This document shows positions 30,285-39,845 of a stretch of DNA of 64,000 nucleotides, piece after piece (the stretch's first letter is position 1; every line of letters begins with the position of its first letter). Made by a program: the position numbers and the translations under genes. Source of the DNA: Spirochaetia bacterium (GTDB lineage: Bacteria; Spirochaetota; Spirochaetia; UBA9216); NCBI GenBank assembly GCA_963675665.1, contig OY776510.1:32001-96000 (forward strand), given 5' to 3'. Under the pieces are notes generated by a model. The model made no database searches. It was given only the letters and a program-made list of their open reading frames with translations, and had not been told where the DNA came from.

Positions 30285-31078
30285 TCTGTAATTTCCTTTG
30301 TCGCTTCTACCGACGACCAGTCGGTATCAAGATCATTCTCGGTGATAACCGGAAGAAGAGCCCCCCCGTCAATATCGAGACAGCTGCCCGTCATATATGC
30401 AAAATCATCCGATACAAGCGCCGCAATAACCTTCGCCATCTCTTCAGGACTGGCAAAACGCTTCAGCGGGATCTTTGCAGCCGCCTCGTGGATCGGATTG
30501 TCTGCGGGCCAGCCGACATCCGTGTAGCCGGGAGATATTGCCGCAGACCTTATCCCGTAGGGCGCAAGTTCCATAGCGATATGCTTTGTAAATTTTGCGA
30601 CGGCAGCCTTGGCAGGACCATATATACTGGAAGTGGGCCAGCATCCATCCTTCTGGTTTGAAGACATGTTAAGAATCACGCCTTTTACGCCTTTTTCAAT
30701 CATCAGCTGAGCAGCCCTCTGGGCACAGAAATAGGTACCCTTCCAGTCTATAGCGGTCAGCTCATCCCACATTGCTTCATCGACCTTTATAAAGGGTTTG
30801 AATTTGCTTATGCCGGCATTGTTTATAAGCAGATCAATCCTGCCGAACCGTTCGGTAAACTCTTCAAACATACGATCAATTTCTGAAACCCTTCCAACAT
30901 CAGCCTGAATGATAACAGCCTCAGCTCCTTTTTTTTCCACAAGAGCTTTCACCTCCATGGCTGCTTTTTCGCTTTTACTGTAATTAATACCTATATCATA
31001 ACCGCGGCGGGCAAGTTCAATTGCAACAGCCCTGCCTATCCCCCGGCCTGAACCGGTTATCAAAGCCTTTTTTCTCAT
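30281..31078 (-). CDS. SDR-family oxidoreductase (candidate aldose dehydrogenase)
   Basis: TGSGRGIG, NNAG, YGPAK, IDGG. Confidence 0.9.
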   Translation of the reverse strand: MRKKALITGSGRGIGRAVAIELARRGYDIGINYSKSEKAAMEVKALVEKKGAEAVIIQADVGRVSEIDRMFEEFTERFGRIDLLINNAGISKFKPFIKVDEAMWDELTAIDWKGTYFCAQRAAQLMIEKGVKGVILNMSSNQKDGCWPTSSIYGPAKAAVAKFTKHIAMELAPYGIRSAAISPGYTDVGWPADNPIHEAAAKIPLKRFASPEEMAKVIAALVSDDFAYMTGSCLDIDGGALLPVITENDLDTDWSSVEATKEITE

Positions 31079-31090
31079 AGCAATTTCCTT

Positions 31091-31948
31091 TTAATAATAT
31101 CTGAACAGAAAGGGAGCTTGACCTTTTGTGCCTGTATTTGCCCTAAAAACAGAACCGTCTGCCGGTCCAGGATTACTGAGACCCTCTGTCGCTGAGGTAA
31201 TAAAAAGCCCGGAATAATCTTCCCCGTAAAAACAGCATGAGGTAGGGTTTTTTGCTTCCAGTTTTATTTTCGCCATCATTTCACCGTTCGGGCTGAATCC
31301 GCAGACACAACCTCCGCCCCAGAAAGCGCTCCAGACATTCCCGGTCGAGTCAACAGTCAATCCGTCCGGATCACCTTTCATATCTTCCGAACTGATAAAC
31401 AGCTTTTCATCAGAAATACATCCTGTCTTTCGATCAAATTTCCATCTGCTGATCATGCTTTTACCTGTATCGGTTATATACATTATCGTTTCGTCTGGAC
31501 TCCATCCCAGACCGTTCGGGATCAGCATTCCTTCAATAATTTTTTCAATATGATCAGTTACCCGATACAAAGCTCCTACAGGCTTGCCTCCGTCACAAGA
31601 CATGGAGCCGACCCAGAAAGCTCCGTCCGGACCAACCTTTCCATCGTTAAAACGTAATTTGCTTCTGTCAAACGGAGGTTCGAAAAGTCTTTTTTTCAGC
31701 CTGAAGCAGGTATCATAGACTGAAATTCCGTCCGAACCTGCTGCAATTATATTTCCGTCTTCAGTCGTCCCTGCACAGCAGACAAAACCCACAACGGAAA
31801 GTTCTTCAATACAGAACTGATCCGCTTCAGCAAAAAATACTTTTTCACCCAGAATATCAAACCAGTAAATATCTTTTGCAACAGTAAACGGACCTTCCCC
31901 GAGACAATGTCCCGGAGAAGCCATAACCTCCGCTTTCAATGCTTTCAT
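31091..31948 (-). CDS. SMP-30/gluconolactonase family lactonase
   Basis: LGEGP, RFNDGKV, PNGLGWSPD, PDGLTVD, PTSCCF, LFITSA. Confidence 0.92.
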   Translation of the reverse strand: MKALKAEVMASPGHCLGEGPFTVAKDIYWFDILGEKVFFAEADQFCIEELSVVGFVCCAGTTEDGNIIAAGSDGISVYDTCFRLKKRLFEPPFDRSKLRFNDGKVGPDGAFWVGSMSCDGGKPVGALYRVTDHIEKIIEGMLIPNGLGWSPDETIMYITDTGKSMISRWKFDRKTGCISDEKLFISSEDMKGDPDGLTVDSTGNVWSAFWGGGCVCGFSPNGEMMAKIKLEAKNPTSCCFYGEDYSGLFITSATEGLSNPGPADGSVFRANTGTKGQAPFLFRYY

Positions 31949-31954
31949 TGTGTC

Positions 31955-32950
31955 TTACACTGCTTTCTGCATATTGTTCTGCCTAAGCTGATCAACAATT
32001 ACTGCTATCAGCAAAATGGAACCTCTTACAACATACTGGTAGAAAGTAGGGATATTCAGAAGATTCATCGCATCCTGAACAGTCCCCATGATAAGAACAC
32101 CTACAATAGCTCCCTGGATAGGCGCAATTCCTCCGTTCAATGAGACCCCGCCGAGAACGCAGGATGATATTACGTTCAGCTCAAATCCCTGCGCCGCGTT
32201 AGGCTGACCCGATGTCATTCTTGAAGATAAAATTACCCCTGCAAAACCGGCGACCAGACCCTGAAGGGTAAATATCATTATTTTTACCCGATCAACATTA
32301 ATACCGGCAAGCCTGGCAGCCTCAACATTACCGCCAATAGCCAGAGTATTTTTCCCAAATGTCGTATTATTTATCAGAACGGCAAAAACCGCAAAACAGA
32401 ATATTGTTATCCAGATAGGAGCGGGAATTCCGATAAAGATATTGTTTCCAAGTCCGAAAAAACCCGGGTTCCCAATACTGATTGCCTGGCCTCCGGAAAC
32501 AATATAAGCAAATCCCCTGACTATCTGCATCATCGCAAGCGTAGTTATAAGCGCATTTATATGAAGTTTGGCAATAATAACGCCGTTCAGAGCACCGAAA
32601 AGCCCGCCGGCAAGGATTCCGCATAGAATTCCCAGACCGACCGCGCCTGTACTGTTAATTATGACTGCAGCAACTACCCCCGAAAAGGCTACAATCGCAG
32701 AGACAGAAAGATCAAAATCTCCGGAAGCCAGACAGAACAGCATTGTGCATGAAACCATCCCAAGCATTGAAACCGATAATGCAAGCGCAATCATGTTCCG
32801 CCAGGTAAAAAAGTAGGGCACAAAAATTGACAATAAAATAAATAATACAATATATATAAAAAGCATACTCGAATTCTGCCATAAATTCCTGGCAATATCT
32901 TTTACACCCTTCCTCTTCGTGTCCAGGCTGTTTTCTGCAATATTACTCAT
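31955..32950 (-). CDS. araH: L-arabinose ABC permease
   Basis: GMVSCTMLFCLASGDFDLSV, INALITTLAMMQIVRG, SRMTSGQP, CVLGGVSL. Confidence 0.88.
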   Translation of the reverse strand: MSNIAENSLDTKRKGVKDIARNLWQNSSMLFIYIVLFILLSIFVPYFFTWRNMIALALSVSMLGMVSCTMLFCLASGDFDLSVSAIVAFSGVVAAVIINSTGAVGLGILCGILAGGLFGALNGVIIAKLHINALITTLAMMQIVRGFAYIVSGGQAISIGNPGFFGLGNNIFIGIPAPIWITIFCFAVFAVLINNTTFGKNTLAIGGNVEAARLAGINVDRVKIMIFTLQGLVAGFAGVILSSRMTSGQPNAAQGFELNVISSCVLGGVSLNGGIAPIQGAIVGVLIMGTVQDAMNLLNIPTFYQYVVRGSILLIAVIVDQLRQNNMQKAV

Positions 32951-34470
32951 AACTTAACTCCTGTAGAATCTTCTCTCTGTTCAAATTCCGGCAATGCATA
33001 ATGAAGAACCGATTCTTCCGTCGCATCGCTGCGCTGAATCTCCCTGACAATCCGGCCGCTCCTCATTACAAGGATTCTGTCCGCTACACCTATAACCTCC
33101 GGAAGCTCAGATGAAATAAAAATTATCGCGTTACCCTGTTCTGCGAGTGTATACATAAGTTTGTATATCTCGCTTTTGGTACCCACGTCTATTCCCCTTG
33201 TTGGCTCATCAAGAATAATCAGCTCTGTCGGCATTGAAAGATTTCTGGCAATAATAACCTTTTGCTGGTTTCCTCCTGAAAGGTTGCCGACAAGCTGCTC
33301 CATCGAAGGAGTTTTAATAGCAAGTTTATCAATAAAATCCGCGGCATTTTTTCTTTCACGCTTCTTGTCCAGAAACAGCCCGGCTTTAACATATTTCTTT
33401 CTGACGGAAATATTAATATTTTCATTAACATCCCGGACGGGAATTATTCCCTCTGCCTTTCGGTCTTCAGGACATAAGACTATACCTTCGGAAAGGGACA
33501 CTGACGGTGAACTTGTTTCTACAACTCTTCCGTTAAGTTTGAGCTCGCCTGTCTTCTTTTTATTCTGACCGTAGATCAGCCTCATCAATTCCGAACGTCC
33601 TGCGCCGACGAGTCCGAAAAAACCAAGGATCTCACCCTTTCTTACTTCAAAACTAACCGGTTCCGGAATTCCGGGACCTGCTATGTCATTTACCGTAAAA
33701 GCCGGCCCGCCTATTGTTCGTGCCCTGTAAGAAAAAATATCTTCTATCTTTCGCCCTACCATCTGGCTGACTATTTCATCATGTGTAGCTTTTTTAATAT
33801 CATCGTAGGTTATAATTTTCTTCCCGTCACGAAAAATTGTTAACGCGTCACACACTTCAAAAATTTCATTTAGCCGGTGTGACACATAAATAATGACGCA
33901 CCCCTGTTTCTTCAATGCATCAATAATTTTAAATAACCGGGCAGTTTCCTTCTCTGAAAGACTTGATGTGGGTTCATCAAATGCGATTATCCTCGCATTA
34001 TGAAGAAGAGCTTTGCCTATCTCTATCATCTGGCGCTGCGCAATTGGAAGATTCTTCACTTTAGTATTCGGATCAATCTTCTCCATCAGATGATCAAGCT
34101 CTTCCAGGCTGATTTTTTCAAGTTCCTTTTTGTCAATCAGCCCCCTTCTGACAGGTATATGCCCCAGCATAAGGTTTTCCGCCACAGACATATCAGGCAC
34201 AAGATTCAACTCCTGGTAGATTACTGCGGTACCTTCATCTATTGCTTCTTTCGGAGAATTAAACCTGCATTCTTTTCCGTTGACAAACAATGCACCGTCT
34301 GTCTGCGGATGCGCACCGCTTAATATTTTAAGCAATGTTGATTTGCCGGCGCCGTTCTCTCCTACAAGCCCATGAACCGATCCCTCTTTTACTGAAAGTG
34401 ATACATCATTCAGGGCTGTAACTCCAGGGAATTTCTTGGTTATGTTCTTGAATTCCAAATAAGCAGTCAT
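32947..34470 (-). CDS. araG: L-arabinose ABC ATPase
   Basis: GENGAGKSTLLKILSG, IAFDEPTSSLS, CPEDRKAEGII, LSGGNQQK. Confidence 0.88.
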   Translation of the reverse strand: MTAYLEFKNITKKFPGVTALNDVSLSVKEGSVHGLVGENGAGKSTLLKILSGAHPQTDGALFVNGKECRFNSPKEAIDEGTAVIYQELNLVPDMSVAENLMLGHIPVRRGLIDKKELEKISLEELDHLMEKIDPNTKVKNLPIAQRQMIEIGKALLHNARIIAFDEPTSSLSEKETARLFKIIDALKKQGCVIIYVSHRLNEIFEVCDALTIFRDGKKIITYDDIKKATHDEIVSQMVGRKIEDIFSYRARTIGGPAFTVNDIAGPGIPEPVSFEVRKGEILGFFGLVGAGRSELMRLIYGQNKKKTGELKLNGRVVETSSPSVSLSEGIVLCPEDRKAEGIIPVRDVNENINISVRKKYVKAGLFLDKKRERKNAADFIDKLAIKTPSMEQLVGNLSGGNQQKVIIARNLSMPTELIILDEPTRGIDVGTKSEIYKLMYTLAEQGNAIIFISSELPEVIGVADRILVMRSGRIVREIQRSDATEESVLHYALPEFEQREDSTGVKL

Positions 34471-34484
34471 TTTACTCCCTTATA

Positions 34485-34510
34485 ATAGCCGGGTCGATAA
34501 ACCCGGCTAT
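34485..34510. terminator. Intercistronic stem-loop after araF
   Basis: ATAGCCGGGT-CGATAA-ACCCGGCTAT. Confidence 0.55.
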
Positions 34511-34533
34511 ACGTCTAATCTGTCAGTCTGTAT

Positions 34534-35547
34534 CTACTCGAGACCCATCTCTTTTCTGACCTGCTTGTAGTTGTCTCTGGTCATAAGTACACCTGATGTA
34601 AAAATCGCTTTATCGGGTTCAACACCGTCGGCAATCCATTTATACATATTGACTGAAGTCTCATAACCATGCTGTTTGGCTGCGAGAAGAACAGTTGCAT
34701 GAAAACCTGTCATTTCGGACTTTTCAAGTTCACCGACTGCGAGATCATTACCGTTGATTCCAACTCCGATAATATTGTCAGCCTTGAAACCGTTACCCTC
34801 AAGGGCTCTTACCCCGCCGATTGTCGTATCGTCGCATAATGAATAAACAAGCCAGTTTTCAATTTCAGGATGCGCAGCAACAAGAATATTGGTTGCGTCA
34901 AATCCACCTTCTGTTGTTGAATCGGTAGCAGTTGGAGCCTCAAAAACATTCGCTTTGGAAAATCCCATTTGAACAAGCATCTCAGTAGCTCCGTCCGTTC
35001 TCTCTTTGCTTGTTGGGAGCTCGTCGTATGTGAGACAATCCGCGCCGGTTTTACTCAGATCCCAACCCCTTCTTTTCGCTTCATCCATAAGGGCTTTGCC
35101 AACCTGCTTTCCGATTTCGTAAGCTGAAATACCCATATGATGTACTTCTTCCATAGGTTTGCCATCGGCACCTATAAATCGGTCGTCTACACTCATCAGC
35201 TTCATTTTATTCTGATCAGCTTTCATCTTGATTGAAGGCCCCAGCTTTACATCAGGTGTACATATAATAAATCCCTGTACATTCTGTGCTGCCATATTAT
35301 CTATTGCGGCAAGAACACTTTCACCATCGGGAGTACTTATCTTTATCAGTTCGAAACCGTACTCATCAGCCGCCTGCTGTGCAAACCTCCACTCATCCTG
35401 AAACCATGAACATTCCGCCAGTTTAACGAGGAATCCGATCTTTATCCCTTCGGAACCTTCAGCTTCCTGCTGCCCACCTGCAATAACCGGGCTGAGAACT
35501 GCCAGCAACAGAACCGCCGCGATTAGTAATGCCAGAATTCTTTTCAT
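34534..35547 (-). CDS. araF: L-arabinose-binding periplasmic protein
   Basis: KIGFLVK...WFQDEW.FA, ICTPDVKLGP, SVDDRF, GGVRALEG, GING, HGY; ATG at 35547 with AAGGAG RBS. Confidence 0.88.
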   Translation of the reverse strand: MKRILALLIAAVLLLAVLSPVIAGGQQEAEGSEGIKIGFLVKLAECSWFQDEWRFAQQAADEYGFELIKISTPDGESVLAAIDNMAAQNVQGFIICTPDVKLGPSIKMKADQNKMKLMSVDDRFIGADGKPMEEVHHMGISAYEIGKQVGKALMDEAKRRGWDLSKTGADCLTYDELPTSKERTDGATEMLVQMGFSKANVFEAPTATDSTTEGGFDATNILVAAHPEIENWLVYSLCDDTTIGGVRALEGNGFKADNIIGVGINGNDLAVGELEKSEMTGFHATVLLAAKQHGYETSVNMYKWIADGVEPDKAIFTSGVLMTRDNYKQVRKEMGLE

Positions 35548-35583
35548 ATTAATCTCCTTTGTATGATTGTTTGTCGTTGATAA

Positions 35584-35600
35584 TGCACTATCCATGCCAA
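35584..35600 (-). promoter_or_regulatory. sigma54 (-24/-12) promoter of the araF operon
   Basis: Minus strand TTGGCATGGATAGTGCA: GG-N10-GC spacing, about 35 nt upstream of the araF ATG. Confidence 0.8.
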
Positions 35601-35693
35601 CCCAGAATGATGGGAAACTGAAATATATAAATCCTTTTCATTCAAGAACTTATACTATAACATGCATTATCCTGAAATCTATATTTTTTTGTA

Positions 35694-35745
35694 ACGGGAA
35701 AAACCTCTCCCGCTCGAACTGATTTTACGGGAATATATTTTCCCA
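35694..35745. promoter_or_regulatory. Two palindromic upstream activator (enhancer) site candidates
   Basis: ACGGGAA-AAACCTC-TCCCG (35694-35712) and ACGGGAA-TATATTT-TCCCA (35727-35745), 33 bp apart. Confidence 0.65.
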
Positions 35746-35768
35746 TTTCAGATTTTTTAAGAAAAACA

Positions 35769-35803
35769 TTGAGTGATTAATACATCCTTATTATAATCCT
35801 TTT
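35769..35803 (+). promoter_or_regulatory. sigma70-type promoter, apparently leaderless
   Basis: TTGAGT-N17-TATAAT-N6-ATG, no SD. Confidence 0.65.
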
Positions 35804-37108
35804 ATGTCTTATTCCATTCTTATTGTCGATGACGAGAAGCATATGTGCATATCGCTTTCGAAACTCCTGAATCTTCATGATTTTGAAACATCATATGAAA
35901 CAAATGCAGATGATGCCCTTGCCGTACTGAGAAAAGTTAAATTTGATCTGATAATAACAGATCTTAAAATGCCCGGAATGGACGGAATACGCTTCATCGA
36001 CAGAATAAAATCAATGAAGCTTCCTATTCCGATTATTATGATATCCGGTTACGCTACAGTAGAAAATGTCGTCGAAGCAATGCGCTGCGGTGCAATTAAC
36101 TTTTATTCAAAACCGGTAGACACCAGCATTCTTCTGGCTGAAATAAAAAAAATATTAAATATAAAAAGACTCCCCAGAGACAATATTCAGAACATCGTTA
36201 CTGAAAACAGGAAAATTAATGAACTGTTGATGTTTGCCGGTAAAGCCGCGCCTACGGACGCCCCTGTCATCATCACCGGTGAAAGCGGGACCGGAAAGGA
36301 ACTTTTCGCCTCTTATATTCATAATATGAGCAAAAGGAAAGAAAAACCTTATATCAAAATAAACTGTGCCGCCATACCTGAGAGCCTTCTTGAGAGTGAA
36401 CTTTTCGGACATGTGAAAGGCGCTTTTACAGATGCAAAAGAAAACCGAAAGGGCAAATTTGAAATAGCTGAAGGCGGAACAATCTTTTTTGACGAGATCG
36501 GTGAAATGAGCATGAAAACCCAGGCAAAACTGCTCAGGGTCATTCAGGAAAAAGAATTTGAACAGGTCGGATCCAATGATATAAAACATATGGACATCAG
36601 GTTTATTGCCGCAACAAACCGCAATCTTCAGGAAATGGTTGGACAGGGAGAATTCAGGGAAGACCTGTTCTACCGGTTGAATGTCGTAAGCATAAAAATT
36701 CCGTCCCTCCGCGAGCGCAAGGATGATATCCTTCCTCTTGCAAGACATTTCCTGAACGAAATGAACCTTATATACAACAAGCAGATTACGGAATTTACCG
36801 AAGAGGCCTCATCAGCCTTTCTTAAGCATGACTGGCCCGGCAATATCAGGGAACTTAAAAACACCATTGAACGTGCAGTCATCTTCTGTGAAGAAAACAA
36901 CCTTGGAATTGAATGCCTGCCGGAAGCATACCGCGACAGTATAAACGAAGAAAGCAGTAATCTGAAAAATGTATATGACAAGGTAACACGCGAGGTTATT
37001 CTTGACGCACTGGAAAAATCCAACGGTTCAAAACAGAAGGCTGCAGAGCTTCTGAATATTAACCGCAGAACACTTTATAATAAAATGAAACTGCTGGATT
37101 TGCTGTAG
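35804..37108 (+). CDS. NtrC-family sigma54-dependent response regulator
   Basis: REC (VDDE, TDLKMP), AAA+ (GESGTGKE, ESELFGH.KGAFTDA, FDEIGE, WPGNIREL), Fis-type HTH. Confidence 0.95.
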   Translation: MSYSILIVDDEKHMCISLSKLLNLHDFETSYETNADDALAVLRKVKFDLIITDLKMPGMDGIRFIDRIKSMKLPIPIIMISGYATVENVVEAMRCGAINFYSKPVDTSILLAEIKKILNIKRLPRDNIQNIVTENRKINELLMFAGKAAPTDAPVIITGESGTGKELFASYIHNMSKRKEKPYIKINCAAIPESLLESELFGHVKGAFTDAKENRKGKFEIAEGGTIFFDEIGEMSMKTQAKLLRVIQEKEFEQVGSNDIKHMDIRFIAATNRNLQEMVGQGEFREDLFYRLNVVSIKIPSLRERKDDILPLARHFLNEMNLIYNKQITEFTEEASSAFLKHDWPGNIRELKNTIERAVIFCEENNLGIECLPEAYRDSINEESSNLKNVYDKVTREVILDALEKSNGSKQKAAELLNINRRTLYNKMKLLDLL

Positions 37109-37114
37109 GTAAAT

Positions 37115-38923
37115 ATGAGTAAAATACTTGAAGTATCAAATATTAATTATTCATACGGAAATATCGAGGCGCTCTGCAGTTTTGATTTCGAACTGAACAA
37201 AGAGGAAATTCATGCCCTGACAGGCGATCACCGTTCAGGAAAATCAACCTTCGCAAAAATACTTGGGGGCGCCCTGAAAAACCAGAGCGGGCTTATTAGA
37301 CTTTTCGATAAAAACTTTCCGTTTCTTACCCCTAAAACCGCAATTCAGAACAGGATTGGCGTGGTTTACCAAACTCCTGAAACTGTACCGAATATGACGG
37401 TTGTAGAAAATATATTCATAGGCAGGATGCCCCATTTTCTTATAACCGGAAAAGACAAAGAACAGATGTGCAATACCTGCAGAGATCTGTTTGCCTGGTT
37501 GAATATTGATCTTGATATCGATACTCCTTTAAAAAAGCTGTCTTCAGGAGAACTGCAGATTGTAAGTATTGCCAGGGTATTATCTCTCGGGGTTAAGATT
37601 CTTGTACTTGATGAAATATCTCAACTGCTTACCCCGGCTGAAATGCAGGACATCTACAGTATTTGCAGAACAATCAGAAAAAAAGGTATATCAACAATTT
37701 ATATAACATCCAATATTGATGAAACCTTCAGGATAGCGGATCGTGTAACTGTAATCCGGGACGGCTGCAGAACAGGAACAGAAAAGATAAAAACCGTAGA
37801 TCCTTCCAGGCTTGCAAACCTTGTTTATAACATGGCCTATTCTTCAGATAATGACAGAAAAAATAACGAACCTTTCTTCTTTTTTACCAACCATGAAAAG
37901 GCAATTGTTAAAGATTTACCGATAGGAATGATCGTGCTGGATAGTGAAAATAATCCCTTGTTGATAAATACTTCGGCAGAGAATATTCTTAAAAAGAGCG
38001 GAGAAACACGGGAAAGCAATCTTCTTCATGATATCTTTTCAATTATAAATTCGGATGAACTTGAAAATATTATTGAAGCAATAAAAAGCAGACAGGAATA
38101 TTCCAGGGAAAAAACTTTTACAGAAACCAGCAGATTCCTGAGTTTTAAATCAATACCACTTTATGACAACAACAGCAACTTTATAGGTACAAATATCTTT
38201 TTGGAAGATGTTTCTACCGAACACGATACGAAAGAATACCTCCTGCGAGCTGAACGAATTGCATCTACAGCTGAACTTGCGGCAGGCGTTGCCCATGAAA
38301 TCAATAACCCCCTCGGAATAATTCAGAATTATGTAGAAATACTAAGCATGAGCACTGAAGACCGGGAAAGCAGGGAACAACTGCAACAGATAAAAAGAGA
38401 ACTTGCGCGTATAGTTGAAATTGTCGGCAGCCTGCTTTCATTTTCCAGAGTTCAGAAAAACCCGCTTAAAACAATTTCAGTCGACTCGCTTCTGGATGAG
38501 GTGATTCTTCTTCTCGGACATAAGCTAAAAGATAAAAATATAAATCTTATTAAAAACTATGGAAAAGAATCCATAATAATAAAGGGATATGAGAACAGAC
38601 TTAAACAGCTGTTTATGAATCTTATTGTAAACGCAATTGAAGCGGTTCTGAGCGGCGGAAAAATAAAAATTGATATTGATACTTTCCAGGAACATGTCGA
38701 AATAAGTATTTCCGATAACGGTTACGGTATTTCCGAAAAGGTAAATAATGATATTTTCAAACCCTTTTTCAGCACTAAAATGACCAAGATGAATACAGGA
38801 CTCGGATTATCAATCTGTCAGCATATTGTCGAAACACATAAGGGGATAATTACCTTTGAAAGCCGTCCGGGAAACTGGACAAAATTTTCCGTAAGGCTGC
38901 CCCGGTTTCAGTCTAAAAACTAA
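37115..38923 (+). CDS. Fusion of a degenerate sugar-ABC ATPase domain, a PAS domain and a histidine kinase; no TM segments
   Basis: N-terminus GDHRSGKST, VVYQ, LSSGE, LVLDE, YITSN, ADRVTVIRDG; PAS LPIGMIVLD...INTSAE; H-box VAHEINNPL; QLFMNLIVNA, DNGYG, PFFSTK, TGLGL. Confidence 0.9.
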   Translation: MSKILEVSNINYSYGNIEALCSFDFELNKEEIHALTGDHRSGKSTFAKILGGALKNQSGLIRLFDKNFPFLTPKTAIQNRIGVVYQTPETVPNMTVVENIFIGRMPHFLITGKDKEQMCNTCRDLFAWLNIDLDIDTPLKKLSSGELQIVSIARVLSLGVKILVLDEISQLLTPAEMQDIYSICRTIRKKGISTIYITSNIDETFRIADRVTVIRDGCRTGTEKIKTVDPSRLANLVYNMAYSSDNDRKNNEPFFFFTNHEKAIVKDLPIGMIVLDSENNPLLINTSAENILKKSGETRESNLLHDIFSIINSDELENIIEAIKSRQEYSREKTFTETSRFLSFKSIPLYDNNSNFIGTNIFLEDVSTEHDTKEYLLRAERIASTAELAAGVAHEINNPLGIIQNYVEILSMSTEDRESREQLQQIKRELARIVEIVGSLLSFSRVQKNPLKTISVDSLLDEVILLLGHKLKDKNINLIKNYGKESIIIKGYENRLKQLFMNLIVNAIEAVLSGGKIKIDIDTFQEHVEISISDNGYGISEKVNNDIFKPFFSTKMTKMNTGLGLSICQHIVETHKGIITFESRPGNWTKFSVRLPRFQSKN

Positions 38924-39845
38924 AATCGGAAATTTCAATGTCCAGCGCCCATTCCCGTACTTCACAAGGACTTAGAACTGATTCGTTACCCCAGGCACGG
39001 GCAGCCACAGGATCATCCATCGGGGCGCTCGCCGGTTCCAGTGCCAGATTATACTGACTGTCCCAGCCGCCTGAGTTCATCCAGATTCCGAGCCAGGGTA
39101 GTTTATCAGCTGAAACCGACATTTTTATCTCAAACCCCTGCTTTTCACGTCTTAAAACAGACCATCCTGCAGTATTCTTCTGCCTGAAATAATATTTCCT
39201 GTACCCGTCGCAGGTTTTTTCCGGCATATCGGAAAACTCCTTTGTCCAGCCGTATTCCCGCCCGTAGTCCGGTAAATCAACCGAAGGAACTGCATTTATA
39301 ACTGAGGTCAGGTTATCCGGCACTATTATCCGGTCGTCTTTATCAACATTGAAAAGAGGATGAGCAGCATACAGAAAAGGCATCGGAAAAGGCGAAAGAT
39401 TTTCAACCCGGTAAACAGTTTTGATGCTCGAACCTTCCAGCCGAACCCTTTTTGAAAGCCGGTACGGTAACCTGACGCCGAAAACGGAGAATACGACATC
39501 TTCCGTTCTTTTTTCATCGCTCCAGGGAATGGCCCACACCTCTCCGTGATCCGGAAGCTCAACCCCGCGCCATGGAAAATCCGGACAAAGGCATTTATTG
39601 ATTGTTGGAAACATTTCGTCAAACCCGGCCTTTTCACCGTCGGGAAACGGCTGGGCATAGCTAACCGGCGCATGCACTTTCCCGGTGTTCTGCCAAAGAA
39701 GTTCACAGTCTGCAGACTTAAAGAGGATCGAGGCTGTCCTCGCGCCTGCAGCCGGAACTATTTCCACCCTGAGGTCCCTGTTATCTAAAACGACTGATTT
39801 CAGGTTCTTATAATTGTTCTCATATACATTCATTGCTTTTCTCAC
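38913..39845 (-). CDS. Galactose-mutarotase-like (aldose epimerase-fold) protein
   Basis: GFDEMFPTI, LPDHGEVW, YAAHPLF, LGIW, LALEP. Confidence 0.75.
   Translation of the reverse strand: MRKAMNVYENNYKNLKSVVLDNRDLRVEIVPAAGARTASILFKSADCELLWQNTGKVHAPVSYAQPFPDGEKAGFDEMFPTINKCLCPDFPWRGVELPDHGEVWAIPWSDEKRTEDVVFSVFGVRLPYRLSKRVRLEGSSIKTVYRVENLSPFPMPFLYAAHPLFNVDKDDRIIVPDNLTSVINAVPSVDLPDYGREYGWTKEFSDMPEKTCDGYRKYYFRQKNTAGWSVLRREKQGFEIKMSVSADKLPWLGIWMNSGGWDSQYNLALEPASAPMDDPVAARAWGNESVLSPCEVREWALDIEISDFSF

Noticed and set aside
29679-30661. 282-aa and 151-aa plus-strand ORFs
   Set aside because: Antisense to dgoD/SDR; no recognisable domains
37115-37860. NBD part of the kinase as a separate, mis-joined transporter ATPase
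   Set aside because: Frame is continuous with no stop; both nearby importers already have complete tandem-NBD ATPases; the motif changes look systematic
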